Positions 11,811 through 25,336 of a DNA stretch of 64,000 bases are shown here, one piece after another. Location: NCBI GenBank assembly GCA_000934665.2, contig KZ538317.1:1-64000 (forward strand), written 5' to 3'. Numbering within the stretch: position 1 is the stretch's first letter; the number at the start of each line of letters is the position of its first letter. The translations under genes were made by a program, and so were the position numbers. The DNA is from Catajapyx aquilonaris. Its lineage: Eukaryota. Under the pieces are notes generated by a model. The model saw only the letters and a program-made list of their open reading frames with translations, was not told the origin of the DNA and did no database searches.

Positions 11811-13516
11811 GTGAGCATATGACTTTTTTACTCAGTGGGACCATAGAATCCAAGCTATTATTTTTAAAAAGTGGCATGGAGACCTCTTATGATGCATCAA
11901 AACCAAAATTAGATTGTATTCTCTGCCTCCCACTATTTGTGTTGTGGCTTGCCAGGTGCTATGCATGCAAAAAATTCCGCATTAATGAGAGCAAAATGTG
12001 TAATTAACACCTTGAAAAATGTATAATTCACGTAGTAGGGGTGGAATCCGTTGGAGAGTAAGTTACATGTTGCAATAATTTATGGCTGGTAGGACAAGCG
12101 TGGGGCATGCTAAAATTGTATGAAGGGCGCTTAGATGTTAGAAGGAAGAAAATGTTCTGTCATTTAGGTATGTCAAGCCATTAAAAGTGGACTTTTTATT
12201 TATGAATACGCAAAATTTGGGCAGGAAGACGACGATAATAACATGAATGTGGTGAATGATGATCGATTCTTTGACATAATATATAACGGTTGAGAAAGTC
12301 ACACATTGGAGTTTTTTTTGTTGTTGTAAAACCCTAGGAACACTTAAAACGATTGTGCAACTGGGAAATTTTGGCTTGCCACGTTATATGTTGACTTGAC
12401 TGTACATTAATTTCATGGCGAGAGTGACTGGAATGAAATAAATTTGTACACCTTGAAATCTAGAGCCATGAACCTTGATGATCAGTGCCTTCACGAACCT
12501 TGTGTAAAGAAGCCATTTATCATTGATTGTAATGTATTGTAGATCGTCTCCTTCTTTCTCGCCCTAGAAGAATGATGAGTGCATTTCGGAGCTGCATCAT
12601 TTTGTCACACTGCACGCAAAGCTATTTGTTCCCGCACGGAATTGTGATGCTATAGTGTTGACAACATTTGTTCCGTTGCTGGAATTCTTGAGCTTGAATA
12701 GGACTGTACTCTAATGGAAACGAGCAATCTTTGCGTGGAGAATGAAATTTCGTAGAGGACTTCCATGGCGGGAAACGAGAGGGTGCGCAAGCACGTAGGA
12801 CCACCTTACCGAAATTCCTCCTTTTGCCCCTACCTATACATGTGACTTTAATTGGCCTTTTGCCTTGGCTGTGACCGCAACTTCCGGCCAGATTGGGGCA
12901 AAGTGGCGCATATGCAGGCGGCCACAGGGCCACTGACCTTCCCCTTGGAAAATGGCCAGTATGGTTGGGGAAGGTGGGTGGGGAGGTGTCGAGGGTGTGA
13001 TTTTTGGATTCCGGTACGACAGAATGGAAGTTCCTGCGCTGTTATTAGGCCCTCAACTTTCCAACCCCAATACCCCAGGACCAGCGAGAAAAAAAGGAGG
13101 GGCCAAAAAAAAAAAGTTACAATAAATACCTTGCCATTGGCGATTTGGCTGAGCAGTGATGCATTTTCTGGCCCAAGTGCAACCGGTCTGGCTGCACTTG
13201 CGGAATTTGGGGCCTGTTCGACAGGGAAGTTGGACTTCTATTTACATAACGTTTTATTTTTTTACATCATTTTTTCGTGCAGGCTCTGGAGCATTCCAAT
13301 GAATGGAATGGCTGGAATTTATACCGCAGAGGATGTGCGGAAAATATCGAAGTGTGAGCGGAATACTGTATATGGAGTGTTTTTAAAAATTAGTTTCGAA
13401 TCCGATGGAATGAGCTTTCGAATGCAAACATCAGGTGCAGTACATGTGGCCTGTTCATAGATTCCAAAGTTTTATTTTTGCTCTGCTGACTTTTTCTGAA
13501 TGGTGCGGGGGGGGGN

Positions 13517-13667
<151 letters not shown>

Positions 13668-16600
13668 TTACTGCAGTAAGTCAGAGCCTCATTATTCCAG
13701 CCAACGTGACGAGATATAGATGACAGAAGAATCATGCCAATGGGGGAGGATGAGGTAATTAGAAACAGTGGTAATGAGATACATTTGTTAGTTTTTTATG
13801 GTGGAAACTTTAAAAAAAATATTATATGTGGTACTAGAGAACCTGCAAGTTACTCAATATAGTTGGCTTAATTCATGCTCTTCTCATTTCTTTTTTCTTT
13901 TTGACAGAATATGTCGACTGAGGGCTTGATCGACTCAAAAGTTTTTTTGTTTTTGTTTTTTTTTTTGCAAAATTTTCTTTCTGCAAACTTTGGTCAGACT
14001 TTTTCCCTTCATTTAAAAAAAATAGATATATCTTGTAGGCAATTGGAAGGGCTTTCAATTGGATTTTTCTTTACTTCTTTCACATTAAGCGGGAGAGCCA
14101 GAAAAGGTATAGGTTTCTCATTGTGCTAATTTTACATTTTTGAAAGGGTAATAACTAATAAGGAACAAACAAAAAATGTGTTCCAGATTTAAATCTGAAT
14201 AAATTCTTCAGCCAATGGCAGAGGGTTTCAATTTTAAAAACAACATTTGTGTTCACTTGACTCCGAGATGATTTTTTCAGTGTAAAATTCACCAGGAAAA
14301 CGTTCATTTTGACGTTCATTTTGTAATTTTGAATAGTTTTCATTCTCTTTTGGTCGTACCGGTAGAAGCATATAGGCTACTGTATATATTTTTTGTCATA
14401 ATATGGCATAAGTGTGTAAAATAAGAAAATTAATTTGTATGATGTGTAACAAACCTGCGTCAAAGCTTTCCATGCCGAGTTTTTTAAAAAAACTCGATTT
14501 TCATCACACTGTAAAAAGAAAACTGACCTACCAAAAAGTCTGAAAAAATAAAGGTAATAATTATTGTTGCGCCCCTAGCGGAGTAATAAGGCGCATTTTA
14601 AAACAAACGTATTTAGAACCCTTGACATTTGATAAGAATGAGATGATATTTTTTCAAGTCCCTCAGGTGAAAGGAGTATTAGAATAACAAATCGCGGCTC
14701 CAGGCTCAAACTGTCTTGTCTGAATTTTATATGCATCTTATTACCCCACACTCCCCTATGTATGCTAAAATGGTTTTCACGAAGTAATGAGTTGTTATGC
14801 AGTTAGAGTAAGCAAGTACTCCGGGCCATTAGACAGCCCTGTAAAAAAATAATGCCTTTGCTTTATATCAGTGTCACATCAAAACGGCTTGTTCTCTTAC
14901 ATTGCGTTATGTTCGCAAATGACATATGGTGGTTATGTCCTTGAGGCAAACAACAAATTAATGGCATGTCGCATGTGTCACTATGTCAGCATGTGTACTT
15001 TTATACTATAGTAAATCAGTCATGCCCTCGGCGCGGCGGAACCGGCATCATACTGGGCGAGATATGGCGTGAAATTATGCCATTCGTCTGCAGACTTTCA
15101 GTCTTTGTGAAGCTTAGGGGTTCCATGTTTGCCTTCCCTACTTATAAGGCTTTCAATAGGCTTGCGGGATGGGGCCTGCCTGCAAATTGAGTGGGTGGGG
15201 AGGGTGGGGAAGCAGGAGAAGTGAGAGTTTGAGAGGGATGGGACGGATAAGCATCCTTCGGAATTGAAGCCAGTAGACTAGGTGGCTGACGGACCCGTTT
15301 CAATGAATCAATTTGAGGTACGCTAACAAATTGACTGAAATGGAACGTGGTTAGGCCGCGTGTCAGGTAATGCACTGAATTAAATTCATGTTAATCTGGG
15401 CAATTTTGGAGCGAATGTGTCTCTCCCCGCCCCCCTCCCCCCGAGCGTCCTGTTCCTGTATGGATGATGGGTTCATGTCAAACTCTCAGTGATTTCAATG
15501 CCTTCAAATCGTATGCGAACACTTACGCGATGGCATTCTCCATATTCAAAGTCGATTTTGGTGCAGCGAGTGTCTGGCATTGTTGAGTTCTCAATGTAAA
15601 TTCATTTGGGACGATTATTAAGGCAGTTATACTGTATATTTTTCCGCCCAATGCAATCTGCAGCATAATCTATATGGACGTGACGAGACTGACGACAGTC
15701 ATGCTCATCAGCTGAACTTCCTGATTCTATGATGCATTGCAGTATACGCTATACCTGAAATATATATTTTACGAGGAACTGTACATGACAGTGTTCAGTA
15801 TGAATTTATTCACCATTTGCTTTGGATGTGTTTACTTCAATTTGTCTCATCATACTAACACAAATTGTTGACCATCGTCGCTTCTGAACAAGCACACTGT
15901 TTTGTGTCATGGTTTCCAAGGGTGGAGACATAACATTCACGTCACTTCTTATTGATTGCAGTTGGCCGGCTGTCAATTGTAAAAACTGTCACTTGAATAC
16001 ACTCTCCCATTGAAATTGACATAGAAATCACTGTCATTTCCAGCCCTTTGTGCCTAGTGTATGACAAGCACCAGGGACGTCGAGTATGTATGGACGATAA
16101 CGGTAAAACAATGCCGGATTGTTACATCGAGGAGGCAATATAAAGAGCAGATACGTTACTTTTTATTGGCACGTGGGGTGTGTAGATCCCAAGTTCCCTT
16201 GCTTGGTCAAATAATAGCAATGCGAAGTTTCATCCACCGAGATTTAAATCGGAGTTGTTGCGTCACATGAGAGTGAACCCTACAGCACGTCACGTTGAAA
16301 AGGCACTCGTCGAGCATGTTGGTGAACAATCATCGTAAGAGAAAATGAGCAGTTTTGTATTATGCAATGTGAATGTAGTCGACTAGTAGTGCGGGGTTGT
16401 CAGAGTGCCGTTGTTTTGTCTGGCTTTAGGCAGACGGAAGAAGGTGAGAGGCGATAGAGCGCAGTAGACAGACAGAAAGTGTTGAGGATGGAGGGAGGGG
16501 GAGGGGGTGAATTAACACGGTTGGGAGGTTATGAGTGGAGAGCCAAGCTCTGTAATCAAGGCCGTCCAGGGCACTTCCTGCTCTTGTCTGCCGCCCACCT

Positions 16601-17489
16601 GGCCACTGGGCCGCCGCCATTTTTGCGACTTAAATTTCCCCTCCCCACCCGCATGCCCCCGTACTCCCCAACAATCACACATACCCCCCTCCCTTCCCCA
16701 GTTAAGGGCGTGGCGGGGTTTGGAAATTGCGACCAGGCAAATCTGCACAAGTGCCGTACATGACAAACAATGGTGTGCGACGTTATAAAAAAACCTCGGG
16801 AGCTGTATCGAAACTAGTGCATACGAAAATAACGTGACATTATCATGATATTGCAGTTGTCCTTTGGGAGGTACGGGGGAACTCATTAATTAAGTGGTGT
16901 GCGAGAAATACTCCCGTAATGAAGACCCCTTTTTGAAAATAGCACCAAGACAGTAGATCGTAGTAATAGTAGTAGTAAAGGTCAATCAGGGGGTTGTGGG
17001 TGGGTGGGTGCGAGACTGAGGTGTATGCATGGCTGTGGAGGGGGTAGGGGGCACATTGCAGCAGACGAGCATCGATCGCTTCCCGGCGCGACTGCCCGGA
17101 CGTAGTTGCCATGTCTCACGCAGTCTCAGGGCGGTACTAGGGAGGTGGGTGGGAAGCGGGGGTATGGGAAAGTGTAGAAGAGAGGTCAAGGATCTTGAGG
17201 AGGTCAGGGCACAGGTTACGGGCAGGAGACGCTCCAATTTTTATCACACGTTCATGACGGATGCTCTCCCACCTGGGCTTTGCATAGGCCGCAGGGGATA
17301 ATGCAATGTGTAAGTTTGAGATGGTGCGGCGGAAAAACCTTGGAAACGATCTGAATCCTTGAGACGGCTGGGGAAAGTCCTGATTTTAGACCATGCGACT
17401 CAGGTGAGGGCGTAAGGAAAGTGAAAGGGATGGGTGGTGGAGTTCCGGAGAATGGTAAACGGAATTGTGGTGGGGGATGGGTGGCAGGG

Positions 17490-17600
17490 AGGACCTTGAG
17501 TGGTGGGGGAGGGGGAGGGGGGGGGGGGGCTCCTCGGTCAGTGCCCCTCTCCCTGCGGCGCCTGACGTCACTTCCGCCGTCTGGCGGGCGGCTGGCTAGG
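17490..17600. promoter_or_regulatory. Candidate intronic promoter/enhancer with overlapping CRE-ETS motif
   Basis: TGACGTCACTTCCG at 17563-17576 in a CpG-rich patch just downstream of a long G tract. Confidence 0.45.
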
Positions 17601-18309
17601 GTATAGCGATGTTGCGAGCTTGGCTCGGGCCTACAAGCTACCTGAAGGGGGGGAAACAACAAATATGCGTAGGAGTATGAGTGGAGGTTGTTTGGCTTTC
17701 TACGTGCTTCTGATCAAGGCGACTGACGAAAAAGAAGAGCATTGTGCGCCCTTGTGTAGGTTTTAGTTGAGGTCCGTGTGGGAATTTCTCATTCTGTCTC
17801 GCGAGTATAGGATAAAAGGGGGGTTTAGGAGATGATGTACTATTTTTACCTTACAGGTTGCGGAATGAAAAAATTAGCTATGGTGTCTACCATTCGAAAT
17901 ATTCCTTTAAAGGTTTATTGCACTTCCAGATTTTGTAAATGGGGGCAGATCAGGGCAGATTGATAATTTTGGCATTCAAAAGGTTTTCTATTGAACATGT
18001 TTTTGCGCTAGTTTGGGAGTATGCGTTTCTCATAATGCCCGCTAACGAAGGTATTTTTCTAAGTTTGAATATAACAGGAATTCCGGTAGGAGTTTACAGA
18101 AACGCCTTATCATGACTAGAACCTAGTATTTCCACGAAACAGGGTACAGTACATTGATCGAGAGGCAATAGACACCTTCATAAATTATGCTTGGTCTTAC
18201 AGTTATTAATTGCTGTACCTTACATTTAATATAATCATGCAATATTGTAGTTCCCGGCCTCAGTTCATCTCATATAATTTACTATATATTTTTATTTTTA
18301 TTTTTATTT

Positions 18310-18652
18310 ATTATTTACCCCGTGATACAACTACTTGGTCGTTATAGGGGGGTGGCAGACCACCATACAGTTTTCTGATTGTATTTACTTCTAACTCCGG
18401 TGCAAGGATTACTAGGAAATAGGGTAAGGGTTGGGGATTTTGGGGAGGGGACACATGTGCAGGTGCATTGTCCAGCGGTGGGCCAGGTGCACTCCCCCAG
18501 GAGCAGGAGGTCAGGTTGCCAAGACGCCTCCTTAGGCGCGGGTCACGACCCAATGACGTAAGCGAAAGGTTTGCTCCCGGGTGGGGGGATTTGAACTCGG
18601 GACCTTTCGCATAGCAAGCCGAGACGTTACCATCTCGGCCACCGCGCCTCAC
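18310..18652 (-). mobile_element. tRNA-derived SINE, family B
   Basis: Minus strand begins GAGGCGCGGTGGCCGAGATGGTAACG...GAGTTCAAATCC and ends at an A-rich tail. Homologous to 45715-46044. Confidence 0.8.
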
Positions 18653-21600
18653 CCGAATTTAGCTACAAAGTTGTGAAGTGCTTGACAGTAAAGCTATTGT
18701 GGCAGTTGGAAAAGGTGGGATCGAATTTGTGAGATACTATAGTTACGATTAAGACTATACATAGTGAGTGTGTCGATGTAGCCAGTATACATTTATGTAC
18801 ATTTAACCAAAGCGAGGAGTCGGACATTCCGCCAAAACAATACGAGATTCACCCAAGATTCACTGGATAATCTTAGCCCTCGAGCCAAGGGGTAGATCTG
18901 TGTTGCACAGAATCAAAGTGCAGCTAATCGACGAAGGGTAGACTAGGTTCGTCGGGCTTAATTTACTACTGTTCGTTAAGATCTATTGATGTTACGTCAT
19001 CTCCATCAAGTAAGACTCCGTCTGCTCGAAGTAGTTGTCAACGAAAGTGTTAGACAATATTTTTGTGGTACCTGAAGAGCTGGTGGACCAATGCAATGGA
19101 ACGAATTCCTCAGGGAATTGTTGCGGTCTGTTATCCCTTTCCTGACCACACCTGCTGACGAATGGACGACTCTGAAGCATGGAGCTTTATGGAATATACG
19201 TAGTATATACATGGTGGTGCACTGCTGGCCCCCATTTCAAAGAAAGGAATTATAGTGTTTTTAATCACCAGTTTAAATGGAAACAGCAATCCAGACTACT
19301 GCATAGCCTATAACCTTGAGTGATGCGCCCAAAGGGTTACATCACTTGAATTGGGTTAGAGGGCTACTTAATGGAACTATACATTTCTCTTGAACTGGAT
19401 ACCTATAGGTACTGTACCGCAGCACAGCAGCTACCGCCCTTGGCTACCCCTTGGCAGCCCTTGCGCTACCGTTTCCTGTATACAGTTTCGTTATCAGGAT
19501 ATTAGAGAACAATGTCGGTGAGTGGTATGGGGTAACCTGTTAACATGTACAATTATTCTTAAATGCTTTCACTTTTTGTTGTTTCTGGCTGTTGTTGACG
19601 ACAAATTGTCATCCTTAAGTGAGTCTGGAGCAGAAGTGACGATAAGCTGTCATTGTAATGTCTGAATAAATGAATGTAAAGGGAATGTGTGTCTTGGAAT
19701 CTTGTAGCTGCTGTTCTTCGTTCTTGCGAATTTCTCTCATGAATGCTGTGTTGAAAATTGGTACATAGACACATTATGGCCTTATGGAACGACCTATAGG
19801 AAGATAGTGCCGTCATGCCTCGCTCGAGATTACAAAGCCTTTTAATAAGAATTTATTAATCATATACTCCAGTCTTCTGGCAATGGGGAAGATGTTGCAA
19901 GCCATGCATCATGATATTATGTAGAGGCGATTTTTCTCCAGTGACCTCAACGTGCTCCAAGTCACCCAAGTTTTGTTGCATTTTCGTAAACTGTATATAT
20001 AGTTGTCCTTTGCCGTGCATGCAAACATGACTGTATAGCTGTTCAAAAGTGCGTGGTAGGCCAGTACCGTGCTCAGTAGCATAGACGAGCTGGTATAGAC
20101 TGTATAATAGTAATATGACGGAGGGAATTTTTCGCGTAAGTGGAATAACATGATGAAAGATTCTTCACCTAATACTGTATCTTGGGGGAGGGGGGGGGGG
20201 ATGTTCAGCAAAAATACAGCAGGAACGTCTCCATATTTTCTTTCTGTCTAAACCTAAATCAAATTTGCACTTCGCAGGTCAACGCCATTTTCTCTGATGC
20301 CCGTTGCGCCTGCTTCAATGGAACCCATCAGAATTCTTATACAGACTTGTAATTGTTGTGTTATTTTAAGTATTTGGTCGGCAAAGTGGCCGTTTCTGCA
20401 GGCGGACAAACTTAAAATAAATAAAGCCGTTCTTGATTGATTGAATTGTTGTGCTATTGCACAATGTCATCGTCGTGGACACAGTCATGTACTCGTATAG
20501 GCAATGTCAGTGAAAGTGTCCACTACAATATTGTGGCTATATGACATTTATATGTTGCAATAATAAGGCTGACTTTTACTATACGACAGTCACATTTGCA
20601 GGGTTATCCAACAAGGAAAGACCAGCACTGCTCTGAATTGTTGCTTACTTAGCTGCCATTTGGAGTAAACAGAAATTGTTATATAGGCTCGCTTAATTGG
20701 AAGCTATTCTCGACTATATACTCGTGATGTCACTTTCAATTTTGTGGTATAAAATAATAATAATAATAGCTAGGCATTCCCCAACTCTTAACGTATATAG
20801 TGAAACTATTTTTGGCCATCATCCAATGAAGTTATTACTGAGGCCTATGCTCATTATTTTAAAACTGAAAATGAGGCAAGGTGGGAAAACCAGACCACAG
20901 GTATATGAGGAAAACTTGGGAGAAAAGGACAACGTTTCCGATCGTGCACATTTTATTGGGAATGAAACGTTCGACCTTTAATTCTATAATATGCTCTGAT
21001 TTTACAACTTATAAGTTATGCCTTGCTTGTGGGCAGTTTTCTTCTAGAGGAGGATACAACTTGTACATCCAATATAGCATGGCAAGGTGTTTACATGACT
21101 GTCACTGTCCTATCCAAGAGTCGCAAATGAAAGTAGGCCTTATGGTATAGGGGTAAACCATACAGTTACGGGCCACCATACAGTAGTGAGCCAGGTGTGT
21201 AGTGAAAGAATAGTGATCATTTTTGCCCGTGGGTGGCTGCACTGCATTGTTGGACGAACGTTGTTGACAATTTATTCCCAATTGGACTTTCATGAAGGTC
21301 GCCTGAGCCTCGCGTCTCTGGGTCACTTCCAGCACTGGGGCCACTCCCTTAAGTAGTTAGTAAGGAGTAGCACTGCAACTATAGTGATAAGTTACAAGGG
21401 TTCTCGTCACTCCAGGTTGCCGATGGCAATTTGCATGGCTAGGGTAGACTCCATAGTTTCATATTTTGTAGATAATGATGAGTCAGTATAGATAGCATGA
21501 GTAGAAAGGGGTGACCCACAACTGTGTGGATCAAAACCATCACTTTACAGTAATGGGCATACCCCCATAAGTAAATAAATAAATAAATAAATAAAATAAG

Positions 21601-21680
21601 TCTGCCATCATATGATTTTACACATGGTTAGAACACATGACACAACTGGACATGATATTTTGCCTTTACACATACTTATC

Positions 21681-21817
21681 CTGAGACCTGATGTCCAATA
21701 TATTGGACATCAGCAAAAACAAACAAAAACAAAAAACAAAAAAAAACGTCAACTGAAATTGACGCATTTTTTTTTTTTTACTGATGTCCAATACGTATAT
21801 TGGACATCAGGTCTCAG
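21681..21817. repeat. Short inverted-repeat element with nested palindromes
   Basis: CTGAGACCTGATGTCCAATAT ... ATATTGGACATCAGGTCTCAG. Each arm is itself palindromic. Confidence 0.65.
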
Positions 21818-22756
21818 CGGGTCTCAGGAGGATACAACCATTTTCAGTTACCAGGATACTTGGCTTCAGCACCTGTATATTAGCCTACGCTTAGCCTGCA
21901 TAATTTGATCCAATAGTGCCCCTTGACCCTACCCAACACGATGGGATAAGGGGAGACAGGGAGGTGGACACCTCCAGAAGTGGGCAGGTAGGTGAATGTG
22001 ACAATCATGAAGGAATTTCAGGTGAGAAAATCATCTGTTCTTAACGAAATTCTTTGCTTGGCAGGCAGGTTCAGTAATTCCGGAGTAAATGCATCTTTCG
22101 CGCAAATGACAACATAAAGGCTAGGGGGATGATCATTAAAACTTGAAAAACTGTTGAGACAGTAGGAAACAGTGCTGGGCAACACGCCAACACCCCGCAC
22201 CACGAAAGTGCGGCAAACAACAATAGAGCACCTATACAATTAGGTGGTCCATAACTGTGAAAAGTGGCCCATTACTATACTTTTGTGACTCTTATGGAAC
22301 TTTTCATTACCAAAAATGACAGTAAAGGAGGATTTCAAAATTACAGTTGCTGAAGATTCAGAAAAAAATATAATCAAACTGCAGATGTAATTACTGTGGG
22401 TCATGTGACGATGTGAACTTGGAAAATTTCTTAAGTGGCCGATAACTGTATGGTTTACCCCTAATGTATAGCCTTTTCCGTAACGAGATCCGTTATGAGA
22501 TATCGATGTCTGCACGAAGTCTTGCTGTAAATATTCGATTGGCCTTCGTTCCATGTCAGGGACAATATAAGGAGTACTCGCGTTGCGAGTAAGGAGTACG
22601 AATGCATGGGCATCTATGTAATGAATCGCTGTTTTTAGTTTTTTCTTTGAACCAGAAAATTTGTTCAAAACAGTCACAATTGGAACGGAGATATTGCTTC
22701 GTGACCACCAATCACGTTAATTTTGATCAAGTGCAGATTCGTTTTTGTTTTCTTTA

Positions 22757-22757
<1 letters not shown>

Positions 22758-22796
<39 letters not shown>

Positions 22797-23078
22797 TCAT
22801 ACTCCGTTATCAGCCGGCGGCTCTTTAGGGGGGGGGGGAGTTCATCCCAATTTTGTTTTGACTGGAACTCTTTGCTTTCATTTTTACTTTGCTTTTTGGG
22901 ACAGGGACGGACGGAAGGAAGCGGCTGTGGCCTAATTATTTAGGACGCAATCCCGGAATTCTCCTGGGGGGACCGTGGGAAACCACAGAAAACCACGGTC
23001 ATAGGATTGCCGGCCCCGGGACTCGAACCCAGGACCTCCCGATTAGCAGTCGAACACCTTATCCACTCCACCAAACTG
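22758..23078 (-). mobile_element. tRNA-derived SINE, family C
   Basis: Minus strand TGGTGGAGTGG (A box) and GGTTCGAGTCC (B box), body GTGGTTTTCTGTGGTTTCCCACGGTCCCCCCAGG...TAGGCCACAGCCGCTTCC, and a (TAT)n tail at 22758-22796. Confidence 0.7.
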
Positions 23079-23347
23079 ATTCTTTTTTTTGTTTTTCTTT
23101 TCTTTTCTGAAAGATAAACAAGATGTTGCATAAACTGAAAATTAGAGTTATGCGCCAAATAAGTATTGTGGAAAGTAAAGCATGCATCTATATCGGAGTC
23201 AGTGGCAAGTCAATGTACGAATATCTTATACGGTTACTTCAATGATATAATATGCACTGTTTTCTTTTGGCGCTTTTTTTGTTTGTTTGTTTGTTTTCTG
23301 CTGAATTTTGAGGAACGGACCGTTTCCGCTGTTATAGTATATATATA

Positions 23348-23910
23348 CAGGGTGTTTATTGTAACTCTGCAAAGACTTTCAGGGGTAATAGAGGGGACCA
23401 AGACAATGATTTTTGACATAGGAACCCGTGTCCGGAAACGCCATCTGGAGGGGGTTCATAGACAAGGAACGGGTGCGCTCAGACGCGTCAGGCGAGAGGC
23501 GCTAGGGGAGCGGACTGTTTTGTTGATAGATGGCGCTCAGATAGTAACCAACGATGAGATGTACCATTACCTGGCAACAGCAGAGCCATCTAGCAACTAA
23601 AGTACGCCTCCTAGGAGATGCGCGGATAGTCAACAGCGGTTCTGTTGTTGCGGGGTTATGTCGTATCGCGTTTGTTGTTTACTTACAACGATGCGATACG
23701 CCATAACCTGGCAACAACTGCGGGCCATCTACCAACAAAACAGTCTGCTCTCCTAGCGCCTCTCGCGTGACGCGTCTGAGCGCACCCGTTCCTTGTCTAT
23801 GAACCCCCTCTAGATGCCGTTTCCGGACACGGGTTTCTATGTCAAAACTTCTTGTCTTGGTCCCCTCTATCACCCCTGAAAGTCTTTGCAGTGTTACAAT
23901 AAACACCCTG
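23348..23910. mobile_element. Tc1/mariner-type palindromic MITE
   Basis: TA|CAGGGTGTTTATTGTAAC ... GTTACAATAAACACCCTG|TA with ~185-bp near-perfect inverted arms. The mirror ORFs 23166+ and 23679- share the same peptide. Confidence 0.9.
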
Positions 23911-25005
23911 TATAGGGCTCATTGCTGTAGTCAGAGCATGTGCTGGGATATCATGTGCGCAGCATTTTCGATCTGGTATATTATCCACATTGTGCATTTT
24001 ATAAATACCTTATAAGTTAATAACAGCGTCTCAAACGAAAGAAGCTGTTGACGGATCACCTTGAACAAGATACACTTTTACAAGCTTCAGGTTACATAAT
24101 TATGTGCTGGCTGCTGGGTATGCTGCGATTCATATCTATATGCACTGTTATACGAATATCATGTGGAGGAAGGAAATAGAAAGGGAAGAGCCAACTCCGG
24201 TTGATTGATTATAGCCTGCCCAACTTGACCAAGGTTTTATCAGTGAGTCCCATTGAAAAATTTTCAGCAGTAGTACAACCAACATGGGGTTTGTAGCCTG
24301 CATAATAATGTGCGGCGTATACTGTATGTCTGTATAGGCCTGTAGTGCGATAAGTTGACTGGCTGGTTTCCGAATGAGCTGATACTGCTAGCATCCACTC
24401 AATGGAAGTAAATTATTTATAGGATGGCATCTACATGTTGCCAGGAATTGTATGATGCTGTTTTTTTTTACGCCAAGAGGAATTATCGCAGTAATACCCA
24501 GCAACAGAGACTCATTAAATTTATGCACATTCAAAACTCCGGCTTTTTTCGGAGATTGCGAAATACGCGAAAATCGCCCGGTGTATTTATGGGTTATGAT
24601 GGAGGATCGAAGATGCGCAAAGGTTGGTGATCAAGTAAACAGTATAACTGCTGGCATTACAGAATCCACATGACAGCAGCAGTGGATGAGCAACAGATGC
24701 ATTTAATGCAGCATGATTATTATTTTACTGTATTATGTGTTGCATTAATAAACAGGGAATAAGGGGCTGTAAGGAGTAGGGCAGTATTGGTTGGGTCAGT
24801 CCCATAATATTCCTATCAAGGATAGAACCTGTATAAGTATAAGGAGTCACATGCAAGAGGTAGAGACTTCTCTTGGTGGCTTGCTGGCGTATATAAGCTA
24901 TTTTACCCAAAATCCACCGAATAAATATAACTGCATCACCTACACAATAATAGTGTCCCCTACAGGCTGATGTTACGACATTTTAATATCGAATAAAATA
25001 TATAT

Positions 25006-25309
25006 TCAGCAGTGCTGTTGCTTGAGGTTTTAGGAACCGACATCAATGATGCCTGTGCCGAGATGGTTTCGAATGGTGCCACAAACGCGCAAAATAAATA
25101 CTTCTTCGACAACCTGCTGTGTTTTGCCACATTTTGTATGGAAGTCTGAATCGCGACGATTCAATTCAGACTTCTATACCAAATGTGGCAAAACACAGCA
25201 GGTTGTCGAAGAAGTATTTATTTTGCGCTGTTGTGGCACCATTCGAAACCATCTCGGCACAGGCATCATTGATGTCGGTTCCTAAAACCTCAAGCAACAG
25301 CACTGCTGA
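25006..25309. repeat. Near-perfect ~300-bp palindrome
   Basis: Arms of ~145 bp with only a few mismatches around a ~13-nt centre near 25157. Confidence 0.9.
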
Positions 25310-25336
25310 TGCTGCTTGCTCCGGTCCAGCACTCGA

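Noticed and set aside
25160..25335. Minus-strand open frame ending ...NKYFFDNLLCF, reminiscent of a piggyBac FDN motif
   Set aside because: Three-residue resemblance only, with no other transposase motifs or piggyBac ends nearby.
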